Assembly: GCA_051530055.1 (NCBI GenBank)
Contig: CM121342.1
Location: 5,393,489 to 5,457,488 of the forward strand
Length of the DNA: 64,000 nucleotides
From: Neoechinorhynchus agilis
Lineage: Eukaryota; Animalia; Acanthocephala
Direction: 5' to 3'
The notes below the pieces were generated by a model. The model was not told the DNA's origin. It searched no databases and saw nothing but the letters and a program-made list of their open reading frames with translations. Shown piece by piece: positions 1 through 11,587 of the stretch (its first letter is position 1; every line of letters starts with the position of its first letter). Both the position numbers and the translations under genes were made by a program.

Positions 1-510
1 CGCAAAATCGAAGCTTCTCTCCTTCCTCGGCTGTCGCTATCACGCTGGCAGCATTGCTATCGCCGGTCGTTTCTCACAATTTCTTCGAGAGATCCGGAAG
101 CAGAGTGCCGAGCTGCCAATGCTAAATCCCAATATGGCCTCAGACAGTCGATCTGGGACAGATCTCTCGTCGCGAGAGCTCTCTACTTTCAGGTTCTCAC
201 GATGGGGTCGTCGGAGCTAGACTGTTGGCAGTTTCAACGCGAGAATCGGGTACGTGGTTGGAGGCTGTTCCTCTGGCATCTGTGGGAACTCTTCTTACTG
301 ATGAGGTAACGAGGATCGCAGTGCGACACGGTCTCGTTGGCCGAAAGTCAGGACTAAGGTGCTCACGCCATTCTGAGATCAATTTTTCGGGCGTTGAGAA
401 AGGCGAACTTCCTGAACATCCTGGAACCCGCCCATCTTTGTCGACCTGACGGAATTTCGGTCCTTAAGTGGCGAGAGGGCAAATGTCTTCCCCGGGACGC
501 TAACTGCTAG
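1..510. mobile_element. Rearranged fragment of a CRE-clade (RLE) non-LTR retrotransposon: 3' end on minus (1-133) plus inverted 5' part on plus (134-510)
   Basis: Minus strand encodes GNAASVIATAEEGEK (end of the QRGNAAS motif). Plus strand encodes RLLAVSTRESGTWLEAVPLASVGTLL and, after a frameshift, RALRKANFLNILEPAHLCRPDG. Near-identical to 42840-43545. Confidence 0.85.
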
Positions 511-839
511 GGTGTAAGAATGGGGAGAATGACCGATAGGTGATTTTCCAGATTTTGAAATGTTCTGCTCATATGTTCCAGACATTATCAATATTTAAAA
601 TAATCGTCAAATTCACGATTAGAACGAGTTAATTCGTGGAATAATGATCTAAACTGGTTCGAATCGTTTGAGATTACCAAGTGCACAATGTGTTATCAAA
701 ATTAAAACTGCTCTTCTGATTTTGGAAATAAAGAGCGGTTCAAATTCTCAGGCTCAATCAGAGTGCTATTAAATTTTGTTTATTATTATTGAAATAACGA
801 TTGATAATATAGTCTAATTCCATTTAGTCCTACGACGTG

Positions 840-1110
840 ACTAAAGTTCTCACGTCATTCTGAGATCGATAGCGCTTCTGAGATCGATAGCGCAATTTCT
901 CGGGCGTTGAGAACGGCGAACTTCCCCAACATCTTGGAACCTGCCCATCTTTGTCGACTAGACGGTTGTCGACCTGACGGAATTTCGGTCTTTCCGTGGC
1001 GGGAGGGCAAATGCCTTCTCTGGGATGCCACGTCCCTCGCAGTAAGCAACATTCCCTACTCGCTCGAAATCGCTGGAGGTGCAGCCGAAGGGAGTAACGT
1101 ACAAAAGTGC
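840..1110 (+). mobile_element. Internal fragment of the same CRE-like element (RLE endonuclease region)
   Basis: Encodes RALRTANFPNILEPAHLCRLDGCRPDGISVFPWREGKCLLWDAT (PD..D endonuclease motif). Carries a 17-bp internal tandem duplication and is followed by a 46-bp duplication (1099-1190). Confidence 0.8.
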
Positions 1111-1413
1111 CCTTATAAGATCCATTCATTTGTATTCTTCTCAATTACAAAAGTGCCCTTATAAGATCCATTCATTTGTATTCTTCTCAATCTGGCACCT
1201 CTGTTCAGCAAGAGGTGTGATTTTAGAATGTGATTGAAAAAACATTAGACCAGTGCCCGGTTTTATGAGTGTGGAAACGGAAAAATACAAAAAATTATAA
1301 TCGATTTCTCACAATCACTCAATGATTGATCATTGGGAATGGGGGGACAGTGTGTGTGTAGCACAAGATTTGGCATAGTTTTTACACAAACAAGAGATAA
1401 TGCCATTTGTATA

Positions 1414-3206
1414 TCACTTCCTCAGGAATACAAGAAGAATAACAATTAGTACGGTGAAGAGGAAGCAAAGAATTATGGCAATGATTATTTTCTTCTTGAG
1501 AGCGGCACTTCTGTATTTAACAGCTTTTTTGGTATCTGCTTTGGCCGAATCGATGTAATTGACTGATTGGCTGACGTTGTACTCGATCCGATCAATCATT
1601 TCCCCTTGGGATTCAACGAGCATTGCGAGATCCATGAACATATCGTGTAGTTCTTTTATGCTGCTTTCAAGTTTCATTATATCATTATGGCGAGCTTCGA
1701 TTTCGGCCAGTGTTTGTCTGGCGTCCTGAGCTTCAATCATGATCTAATTATGAGATTATTGTGTGTGTTTTGCTTAAAGTCCAACGAACCCCTTTGGTAA
1801 AAATGGCCGGATTGCCCGACTCCAGCATTTGTTCAAGTTCATCACTCGTCGTCGTACGTCCGGCTAAAGACACCCACAGAGATGAAGACGCGTTTAGGTC
1901 TTTCACAACAACACTTTACGAGAGACGCTCACTTATTCGAAGCTGACGCTCGAGCATCTTTTTATACTCCTCTCGATGTTTAACTTGTTCAGCGCTCAAT
2001 TCGGCCATTATTTGGTTCAATCTCATGCTGAGCATTGTTACCTACGAAAACGGACACGGATCACACACACAGATCATGCCACCCGAACAACATATCGATC
2101 GATCACTAGCAACCAACAACAACAACAATGTTAAAATGAAGCGTACTTATTTCCAATTGACGTTGAATCCGAGCCTTACATCGCTCACGGTACTCAATTT
2201 GAGCGGTGTTGTATGTGTTCATGGTGTCAATGAACTTCCTCGATAGAGTGGCGTGCTGAAATGAAACGATTGGACTCGTGTATCAAAAGCAAAAGACAAC
2301 AACACGCATAAACGAGGGAGGCTAGTGATCTATCGGCAGTTATCGATTGCCTCACTCACTTGCAACTTCTTTATTCGAGTGGACGCCGGGATGTATCGTC
2401 CGGATGGCCGATCATCCTTCTCGTTTGCCGTTCGCATACCTGCCAACGAAATAACAAGTCATCCTCTACAACGCAAACACTGGAAAAATGTGTGGAAAAA
2501 GGAACCATTTTGTTAACAACAAAAGACGGGCAAGAGTTTTTCACACCGACAAATCTCTCGATGGGGGGCGAGTGTACTTCTTTGAAGACAACGTCGACAC
2601 GAGACAATAATAACCTGAGATTTTTTAATCCTCAGATCTGCAGAAGTTGCCCTATAGAGTTCATCGTTTTCTTCGTGTTCAATGGTGGCCTCCATAGCTA
2701 CACAAAGACCAACATGGCCTGCATCCCGCCAATCGATACGAAGACAAAAAATCAAACCTTTAAGCTTCCGCCGGACTTCATTTGCTTTCTTTTTTATTTC
2801 CTGCATATTTGTTTCGAGTTTCTCTTTGGTTTCTGGGGCGGAGAAAAGCGACAAACTGAAAAAGGGGCAAAGTCTTACTTTCGTCCGTCTGAGGTGCGGT
2901 CAAGATTTCATTATGTAGAACTTTTACAGAGGCAACGAGTTCGGTGATCCTGTCGATGCTTGACCGGATTTGATCAACCTAAAATGGTTGTGTGTTCAGT
3001 TTGAGATAAGTCAGAAACCTGATCGAAAAATTCAGGCATAAATCCATTTGCATCGGTTGAATTTTGGACGGTGGTGCTATCGCTCACTCCGATATCGACT
3101 TCCCTGTTCAGCTGAGCCTAAATGGAAACCAAAAGAAGACACCAATTACACAAATATGTATTCGAGAACAAACCGCCTTTAAAGCCGCCAATCGATCCTT
3201 GATCAT
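1414..3206 (-). CDS. STX1: Syntaxin-1 (t-SNARE), multi-exon with two pairs of mutually exclusive exons
   Basis: Start [11 protein letters not shown] at 3206; Habc exons; SNARE motif [44 protein letters not shown]; C-terminal TM segment. All introns traced are GT-AG. Confidence 0.96.
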
Positions 3207-4977
3207 CGCTGTTCAATCTCTAAAACTAGTAACTTGAGCTTCTTTTTCGCTCACACAACTTTAAGGACGCAAAAGCAATTCTTGGTAGGGGAAGCAGAGG
3301 CGGCGTCGGCACACACCACTAAGACCCAAATTTGAAAGAGTGATACGCCTCATCGCCATGGCGTGGGAAAGAGCATTTCAAAGAAATTGGCAACTCCATA
3401 CACGCGATCAAATTATTTCTTTAATTTATATTGGTTCTTCCAGATATGAGGAGCCAATCAGGTGACGAAGAATGACCCAAATCTTCTTTTATTATCGGCG
3501 CTTTTAAAATAATATCAAGTCAAAAGGGAGAGCGAAACCATGGAGGGGATTTCTCCTTAGACGAGTACAGAACTTAATACCATTAAGAGATGTGCTCTCT
3601 GGAGTTTCACCGCGTTTTACATGGTTTGCAGTCCAACGAATCCCGCATTTATCGGAGCCAAAAAAATGACTTGTCAAAATCTTTATTCTCATTTCCGTTT
3701 TGTGCCAATCGTTTCCGCTCCTCAAACTCTCAATCTTAACCAAAAATCTGAATCATTTTTTTTCTCGAAAAAAAAGCGTACAACGTGACTTTTTCCGTAC
3801 CGCCGTGCCCAAGAATATCACGTTCTCTCGTTATTAAAACCGATTTGAAAAAATACTGTCGTCTGAGAGATCCGAACATATTTCCAGCAAAAAAAAGAGT
3901 TCTCAAAATGTATTTCGCTTAGCGAACTGGATCATAAAGAGCTCAAGAAAAAACCGCTTAAAATACACGAAATTTGTTTTTGTGTTCCTAAAAAAAACAG
4001 CGAGTTTAGATTGTTAATCTAGAGTTCATGGGCGAAAAAATGCCTGTTCAAAACACTCTTTCCGTTCTAATATAAATCTACTCTCTCATTTTCTTAGAAA
4101 TCTATTTTTATCAGCGCTTGGAAGGAGTATGGACAAAAAAGACTACTTGAATGAACACAAGTTCGCTTTTGAATAAAAATCGCCTTTTTGCCTATAAATC
4201 TAATTTAAATCAAAAAAAAACAATTCAATCACACGTTTTTCCTTTTTTTCTTCAGCCGATCATCACAATTCAGTCCTTTTTTTTAGCAGAACCGAATTGT
4301 TTTTCGAGGTCTACGTAAGGAAAAACAAATACGGAAGAATCCAATACACGAATCGTCACGAGGTTTGGGTATTGTTGACGAAGCTGTGAAAAGTCCAAAA
4401 AAAGAGGGAGGATTTTTTGCTCTCGTCTCTGGAACTACTTAATCAGTAGTAATCTTGTGAAATTCTATTTTTAAGGCGAATGGAAAATTACCGGTCTGAT
4501 TACTCGCGTCAAAGAGTAAACATGCAGTTGAGAAATCAGTCGACAATCCAATACCAACTATTAAATCATTCAATTTTAGTCAATCCCTTTCTTGTCCGGC
4601 TTATTTATTTAGGCATAAAGCCAAACCAATTACATCAGAGACTGAGCCGGACAAGAAAGGGATTGACTAAAATTGAATGATGATAACAATACCGGCTTGC
4701 CAGTAAAACTTAAAAAATCCAACTATTAAAGTAGCGACATCGAACCGGAAAGTTCGTCCCGACTATTGAGCTGGGACTTTGTCGCCTCTCGTGTCCAGAA
4801 AAACTCTCGTTCGCATTGTTTGCACAAATTCCAACGGGATTTCCTAACACTCATTTCCCCGTTCCTTTTTAGATTCCTCAAAAAGACGGCGAAATTTCTC
4901 GGAAATAAAGCTTTTCTTTTTATCACTACAGCAGCTCAAGTTTGTCCATTTTCGAGTCGGAGATAAATCCGTGTTCA

Positions 4978-7900
4978 ATGTACCGCCTCGAAGGTTCTGA
5001 TCCAAGTGAATTGGGCGGTTTAGTTAGAAGGCCGAGACCTCGAGAATCACGAGAACCATCGAAGCGATTGGAAACTTCGATTGACAGCGTTGCGTTCTAT
5101 CAGCGTAAGATGTCAGCTCAACAGAAACAAATCCACGCGGACATAAAGAAATGGGAAACGAACCGGATGCTAACGAGTGGAGTCCTAAGAGCCGGTATTG
5201 GTCATTCGGATGACCTAAACGAAGAAACCGACGTCCGCGTTCATTTACTTGTACACAACATTGTTCCTCCTTTCCTCGATGGTCGGTACGTGTTCACAAG
5301 ACAATTTGATCCGGTAGTTCCGGTCCGCGATCCCAAATCCGATATGGCTGTTATATGCCGTAAAGGTTGTTTGAGTGTCCGTCGGTTCCGCGAGCAGAAG
5401 GAGAGAATGGCTGCTCAGGATAAGAGTTGGCAGTTGGCTGGGTCTCGGATGGGGAACGTATTGGGTTTAAAAGGTAGGTCCGATGATCGGATGAGTCAAT
5501 CAGTCGATTACCGAACAAGCCATCAATTCAGTGAACATGTAGACGAACGTTCACTGACGACGGTTTCCACTATAAAACGCCGATTTTTGCCGATATTCAA
5601 TGTTCGTGAGAAATTGTTGAGTGTTGTAAGGGACAACAGCGTAGTTGTAATTGTAGGCGAGACCGGAAGTGGAAAGACTACCCAGCTAACACAATACCTC
5701 CACGAGGAAGGATACAGTCAAAATGGACTCATTGGATGCACTCAACCTAGACGGGTTGCGGCAATGAGTGTAGCGAAAAGGGTCTCTGAAGAGATGAACA
5801 CTCGTTTGGGCGAGAAAGTCGGATATGCCATTCGATTTGAAGATTGTACATCATCCAATACAGTCATAAAGTACATGACCGATGGTATTCTTCTTAGAGA
5901 AAGTCTAAATGAGTCTGATTTGGACAAATATTCAGCCGTTATTATGGACGAAGCTCATGAGCGCTCCCTAAATACAGACGTTTTGTTCGGTCTACTAAGA
6001 GAAATTGTTATTCGCCGTCAAGATTTAAAGGTAATCATCACTTCGGCAACGCTTGATAGTGAAAAATTTTGTTGCTTCTTCGGTAATGCGCCGGTATTCC
6101 ACATTCCAGGAAGGACTTATCCTGTCGAAAAACTCTACAGCAAAACCGTTCACGAAGATTATGTTGAAGCTGCCGTTAAGAATATCATTCAAGTTCATCT
6201 TGGGATGCCAAGTGGAGGAGACATTCTTGTGTTTATGCCAGGACAAGAAGATATTGAAGTAGCGTGTGATTTAGTTCAACAAAAGCTGTCTCAATTGGAT
6301 AATCCGAAACCGCTTCTCGTTCTTCCGATCTACTCTCAGCTGCCAAGTGAGCTTCAGGCAAAAATCTTTCAGCGGTCCCCTGATGGCAATAGGAAGTGTG
6401 TAATAGCTACGAACATTGCCGAGACTTCTTTGACTGTCGATGGAATAAAGTTCGTGATTGACACGGGTTATTGTAAATTGAAGGTCTATAACCCTAGGGT
6501 TGGAATGGATGCCCTCCAAGTGTTTCCGATTAGTCAAGCGAATGCTGAACAGCGTGCGGGAAGAGCTGGACGAACTGGACCTGGTCAATGTTTTCGGCTT
6601 TACACTGAGAGAGCTTTTAGAGAAGAAATGCTTAAATGTAATGTTCCCGAGATTCAACGCACAAATTTGGCTCACGTGGTTCTTCTTCTAAAGTCCTTAG
6701 GTATCGACGAACTCCTTTCTTTTCACTTCATGGACCCACCTCCTCAAGATAATATGCTCAATTCCATGTATCAGCTATGGATTCTCGGTGCACTCGATAA
6801 CACTGGAGCGCTAACTAAAGAAGGACGACAGATGGTTGAGTTCCCTCTCGATCCAGCCTTGAGCAAAATGCTCATTCAATCTGTGGAAATGGGTTGCAGT
6901 AGAGAGGTTCTGACGGTAGTATCAATGCTGAGTGTTCCGTCTATTTTCTCGAGACCAAGTGGAAAGGAAGTGGAGTCTGATGCGAAACGAGAGAAATTCC
7001 AAGTGCCTGAGAGTGATCATCTCACTTATCTTAACGTGTAAAGGCCACTGATTCTTGATTTGCTAGGACTTGGAGACCCCATTTTTTTAATCGAAAATAT
7101 TTTATTTCAATCAATCTTCATCTCTCTCGACAATTAACACACTCACAGCCTCCCGCCAAATTCCAGCTTCTCTCCTTTATCGACCGTCGCCATCACGCTG
7201 GCAGCATTGCCCCGTTGTACTGCGAGGGAGATATTTTGTCGAAGGAATACGCCTGCTCTTGAGTCTCCGGTTGCCTCTCTCAATTTCTTCGAGAGATCCT
7301 GGAGCAGAGAGAGTGCCGGTATCTTTTTTTTTACAAATGCTCCTAATAAAAGGATCGAGAATTCCCTGGCAGACATTCAATGGAAAGCGAGTGGTTACTC
7401 TAACAACTGGTGCCAAGATCATTACCTACATGCAAAGTCTCTAAGGAAGGTACGAGAAGTACGGCAGCAACTAAAGGACATAATGGACGCCCAGAAATTG
7501 GAGATCATCAGCGTAGGTACAGGGAACGATTGGGATATAATAAGGAAATGCATTTGTTCGGCATATTTCTACCAGGCTGCACGTCAGAAATCAATTGGGG
7601 AATACGTGAACCTTCGAACCGGAATGCCGTGCCATTTGCATCCAACGAGTGCTTTGTATGGATGTGGATTCATTCCAGATTATGTGGTCTATCATGAACT
7701 GTTCATGACCCATAAAGAGTACATGCAGTGTGTCACTGCAGTTGATGGGCAATGGCTAGCTGAATTAGGCCCCATGTTCTTTAGTCTTAAAGATCCTGAC
7801 CGAAGCCGGGTGGAGTCCAGGAAAAAACAAACCGATCATTCTAAACTTACAATGGAACAGGAAATGCAAAGAGCCGAACGCCAACTAACTAGGCAGCGTA

Positions 7901-8028
7901 CTGAACGTGAACAAAAGGCCGCTGTCGTTCCTGCTTCCCTCAAACGATTTGCTACCATTGCAACGCCAGGTAAAATCACCAAAGATCATACACCTTTTAG
8001 GACCAAAAGGACCCGGCCGGGAGTCTGA
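4978..8028 (+). CDS. DHX38: Pre-mRNA splicing DEAH helicase PRP16, interrupted once at 7040-7372
   Basis: N-terminal MYRLEG..GGL resembles the DHX38 start; [15 protein letters not shown] and QRAGRAGR motifs; HA2 and OB-fold regions continue in ORF 7207-8028. Confidence 0.96.
7040..7372 (+). other. Non-canonical stem-closed intervening sequence in PRP16 (333 nt)
   Basis: Removal yields HLTYLNVYIQWK. Stem: GCCA/TGGC plus ATTCTTGAT(7051-59)/ATCGAGAAT(7354-62) with one G-U. Flanks TA...GA. Confidence 0.8.
7143..7325 (-). mobile_element. 3' fragment of a CRE-like retrotransposon nested in the PRP16 intervening sequence
   Basis: Encodes [38 protein letters not shown], the typical CRE-clade C-terminus. 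Confidence 0.85.
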
Positions 8029-8204
8029 GAATATGTTATTGTAAGCAAAAATGTTTTTCACTCCTAAAACTAACTTGAAGCTATTATGGATTTTTCGTGT
8101 CTTTTTATTCGCTACATTTGAGAAATTAAACAAAAAAATTCGGTTTCAACAAATAGAGTTCGGCTTCTTGGTGCTTCCCCTCCTTTTATTACAAATTATT
8201 TTTA

Positions 8205-9131
8205 TTAGGTTTTGCGCAAATATTTTCGTTTCCGGCCAAATATTGGGCGATCGTAATCCTCGTTTTGGTTTTTGGAGACTTTTCTCTGTTTTATGCGTCG
8301 ATCGTCTCTTAAAGCTGATAAAAGTAAATGCCTTATAGGCACTCGACTATCGTTTCTATCATTAAGAACTTTCCATAAGTCGACTACAATGTGGATCCAA
8401 GATTTAATGTCGACGTAAAGCATTCGGACTTCAAAGAATTTTGAATCAAGTACAGAATTGAGACATCGTCCTTCGCAACGATCAGGAATTTGGTCACGAT
8501 CCAATGCGCACGGATAAGCCATGTAGGGAAGTTTTTCGAATCGTCGTGGGCAGAAGAAAATATCGGTCACTTTGACTTGAACGCGTTGTCCAAAATCCAC
8601 AAGGGAAACCTGAACTTTGTCTTGGCTGACAAATGGATCCTCAAGTAATGCTCTGTAAATCACCCTTTGAAATTCGACTACGTAAAGAGAGTTTAGCCGT
8701 AAATTTTTCTGAAAGACGATCTTCCTGTTGGTTTTGGTTGAGAAGTAATCCCTGAGTTCGTTGATTGATTTCCAATTGTTATCGAAATCGCGCATGAGCC
8801 AAATATGAAAGTGTCGCAAAGAATCTACACTGGACACATAGACACGACTTTTGCCGGAAAATTGAGTCTTATCCGGAAGGTTTGCGTTTAGATCACAAAA
8901 TCGAAGATTGCGATTTGAAGGTTTTGGTCGCAAAAGATCTACATCGTTGATTGTTCTCGAAAATCGCTTGTTTTCCCCTAGGTCGCTAAAACGTCGTTTG
9001 TCGTTCAATCTTCGTGGTCGAATGAAGTCGCAATCTTTGCTTTCTGCAATGCTGGAGTTGTTCGCTGACTTTTGATATCTGTTCATTTTTAGAAGAAGAA
9101 GATAGGAATTGCGTTTTGTAGACGATCTCAT
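8205..9131 (-). CDS. Single extended-Tudor-domain protein
   Basis: IYRALL...VQVSLVDFGQRVQV...FEKLPYMAYPCAL matches the extended Tudor pattern; low-complexity basic N-terminus. Exact start uncertain. Confidence 0.7.
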   Translation of the reverse strand: MRSSTKRNSYLLLLKMNRYQKSANNSSIAESKDCDFIRPRRLNDKRRFSDLGENKRFSRTINDVDLLRPKPSNRNLRFCDLNANLPDKTQFSGKSRVYVSSVDSLRHFHIWLMRDFDNNWKSINELRDYFSTKTNRKIVFQKNLRLNSLYVVEFQRVIYRALLEDPFVSQDKVQVSLVDFGQRVQVKVTDIFFCPRRFEKLPYMAYPCALDRDQIPDRCEGRCLNSVLDSKFFEVRMLYVDIKSWIHIVVDLWKVLNDRNDSRVPIRHLLLSALRDDRRIKQRKVSKNQNEDYDRPIFGRKRKYLRKT

Positions 9132-10141
9132 CAATGTTCCGTTGTGTTGAGGGGGGGTCAGTGAGATAAATCAATCGCCATCACGTGTTTAATTAACACT
9201 AATTATCTGCTCCTTGAATCGGTACCGTAAAACAAAAGTATGAATTAAGAAACATTTGTACTCATTAACGAAATTAAGTAATATTTTCCAGGGAACGAAA
9301 TTTTATATGTTGCGGAACTAAATTACTTATTTTATTTTCAAAAATATTTTTCAAAACAGGGAAATTTTTTTAAAAGTAGGTTCCATTCTGCCTCTAAATT
9401 ATTTCGATTCAGTGCCTCTTCCTCCCAAGTAATTTGGAATAAATCTTTATTTCATATACGCGTCTTAATTTTGAATTTTCGATAAAAAATCTCTTTTTCA
9501 AATGGACATCCCGAAATACTTTGAATGCGAATTTTTGCAACTTGGTGTCTCTATTTAAAGTCTCTTTTTCATTATGGTCAAGAATTCGTCATTTAATTTG
9601 CTAAGCGTTATCGTTGTGTTTATTTAAAGTGTTCAAGATTGTTGCCCATTTTTTATGATTTAGAATTTTCCGAAACAACAAAAAGGGGAAGTCGCATTTT
9701 CAATTACCGGCCAATAGTTAATGGACGAGACACGTTGGTTCGGAGCTTTAATTTTTCAAAAGATAAAGGGAATATCATTCCTTCATCTTATCGCACAATT
9801 CCGGCTCAATGAAAGTCGCACATAACGATGCTGTCTTATTTTCTTGAAAAGTTGTAGAGATTCAAAAAGGAGGGGATAAATAGGGCGTTACCTGATCGTT
9901 AGTGGTCATTTCTTAGATTCACAATATCAAAAAGTTTTCGAATCGGCATGGAGATCCATTCGCTTAACGTTCGTATAATAGACGGCAGTAATCAAATTCA
10001 GGGTCTGTAACCATCTAGAGATCCACTTTGAGTTGTTCGTTACAACTGAACTCTGGACCACTTCCTAATTCGTTGGATTGAAATTTTATCGGTTTTCTGA
10101 ATCCTCCAACAGCTCTAAAGTTGTTTAAAGATTCAATGGTC

Positions 10142-10291
10142 GATGTTTGCATCTGACGTAAAAATTAAAAGGATTTATTGGTTCCGATATTTCGGCACAA
10201 TCTTGTGAACCTTGATCAAAAGGCGTACAAGATTGTGCCGAAATATCGGAACCAATAAATCCTATTAATTTTTACGTCAGATGCAAACATC
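10142..10291. repeat. 65-bp near-perfect inverted repeat with 20-nt loop (MITE-like palindrome)
   Basis: 10142-10206 is the reverse complement of 10227-10291 with one mismatch. Confidence 0.9.
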
Positions 10292-10724
10292 TCTAAAGTT
10301 ATCGAACTAACAATGATGATTGGACAATCACATTGTTGTCCTTCATCGAATGTGCAAATTGGTTTGTTCAACCAAACAAGCTTCCTCGTTGAATTCACGA
10401 AACCGTTTAGTCTTCACGAGACTGATGATTGTTCCTTAAGCACGAAAATGTCGTGGGGGTTTACAAACGCCATTCCGCTCCGTGAATTCGTCTTCTTGAT
10501 TTAAATTTGGCATTAAATCGCTTTTAGTCATAAACGACAAATCAGCACCTAATCTGAACAGTTCGTTGTTTTTATAGTTTAAAAGCTCAAAACAGACAAA
10601 ACAACTAAATGTTCATTTGCGCTGAATTCAAATCTCCACTAACTCAGTTGTAGAAATTTTAACGCTCTTAATTCTTATCTTAGCTGCAATGTCACGGCGT
10701 TACAGTCTTAAATTGACGAGGAAG

Positions 10725-10828
10725 TGTATTCCTGCGACAAAATATCTCGCTCGCAGTACAACGAGGCAATGCCGCTAGGGACAGCCGAGGAAGGAGAGAA
10801 GTTTCGATTTTGCTGACGGTGGTGATTG
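10725..10828 (+). mobile_element. Degenerate 3' end of the CRE-like element
   Basis: CAAAATATCTCGCTCGCAGTACAACGAGGCAATGCCGC...GACGGTGGTGATTG matches the 3' ends at 7143-7325 and 42840. Confidence 0.75.
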
Positions 10829-11587
10829 TTGGAAAATTGGATTCAATTGGGAGTTGCGTGCTACTTAAAGACCTTAAGGTTGCGTATATTTAAACTCGAA
10901 TTGAAGCGAATTTTGGCTAATATGCAAAAATTTATGAAAGGTTTTTCTTTTGCGTTCAATGAAAAATTCAGGTTTGTGTTGATATAACGACTTTTGAACC
11001 GACACTTTTGACGCAAAAACGAAAAGTCCCATGTAGATCTTTCTAGCTTTTTATTAAAATTATGCTTTTGGTCTTTATAAACAAAGGAGCCATTTAAGCG
11101 ATTACAAACATCTTGTACCAGAAACCAACGAACTCATCGATAATATTGTACGTTGGCGAATCCTGTCCCCGGTGCTATAGATACTCATTTATTTGAGAAA
11201 TATTTCGCAAGGTTTTCCTTGCCTCTTCAGTCTCTGTTGCTTCTAAGTTTTTAAATATGTGGCAGTGGTCAACTTCGAGGACAACGATATATGTCATCGA
11301 TAATAGTTAACAATCGAACAATCAATTTTTCTTTTCCATTTAAACCATTTGCATCGAATGTGAAGGCTTAGAGGATTCCAAAGTTAGCTAAAATGCGGAA
11401 AATTTGTTCAATTAGTAAAGTTTGATCATTCTGGATACAAATCGGACCAACGGTCAAATGTTAATCATAATTTTAATTATTAATATGTACGCAGCAAGCA
11501 TCCTTATCACTAGAAAGTTTGCGATGAGGGTTGCGTTTTTTAATCGGTCAGATCGGTTATCGTTTCCCCCATACATTATAGATCTTT

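Noticed and set aside
650-670. tRNA T-loop-like GGTTCGAATC
   Set aside because: No cloverleaf or A-box in the surrounding sequence.
5742-6691. Antisense and alternate-frame ORFs within PRP16 (similarly within IMPDH, PRP22, SNF2 and NDUFV2)
   Set aside because: Shadows of real coding sequence with no independent homology.
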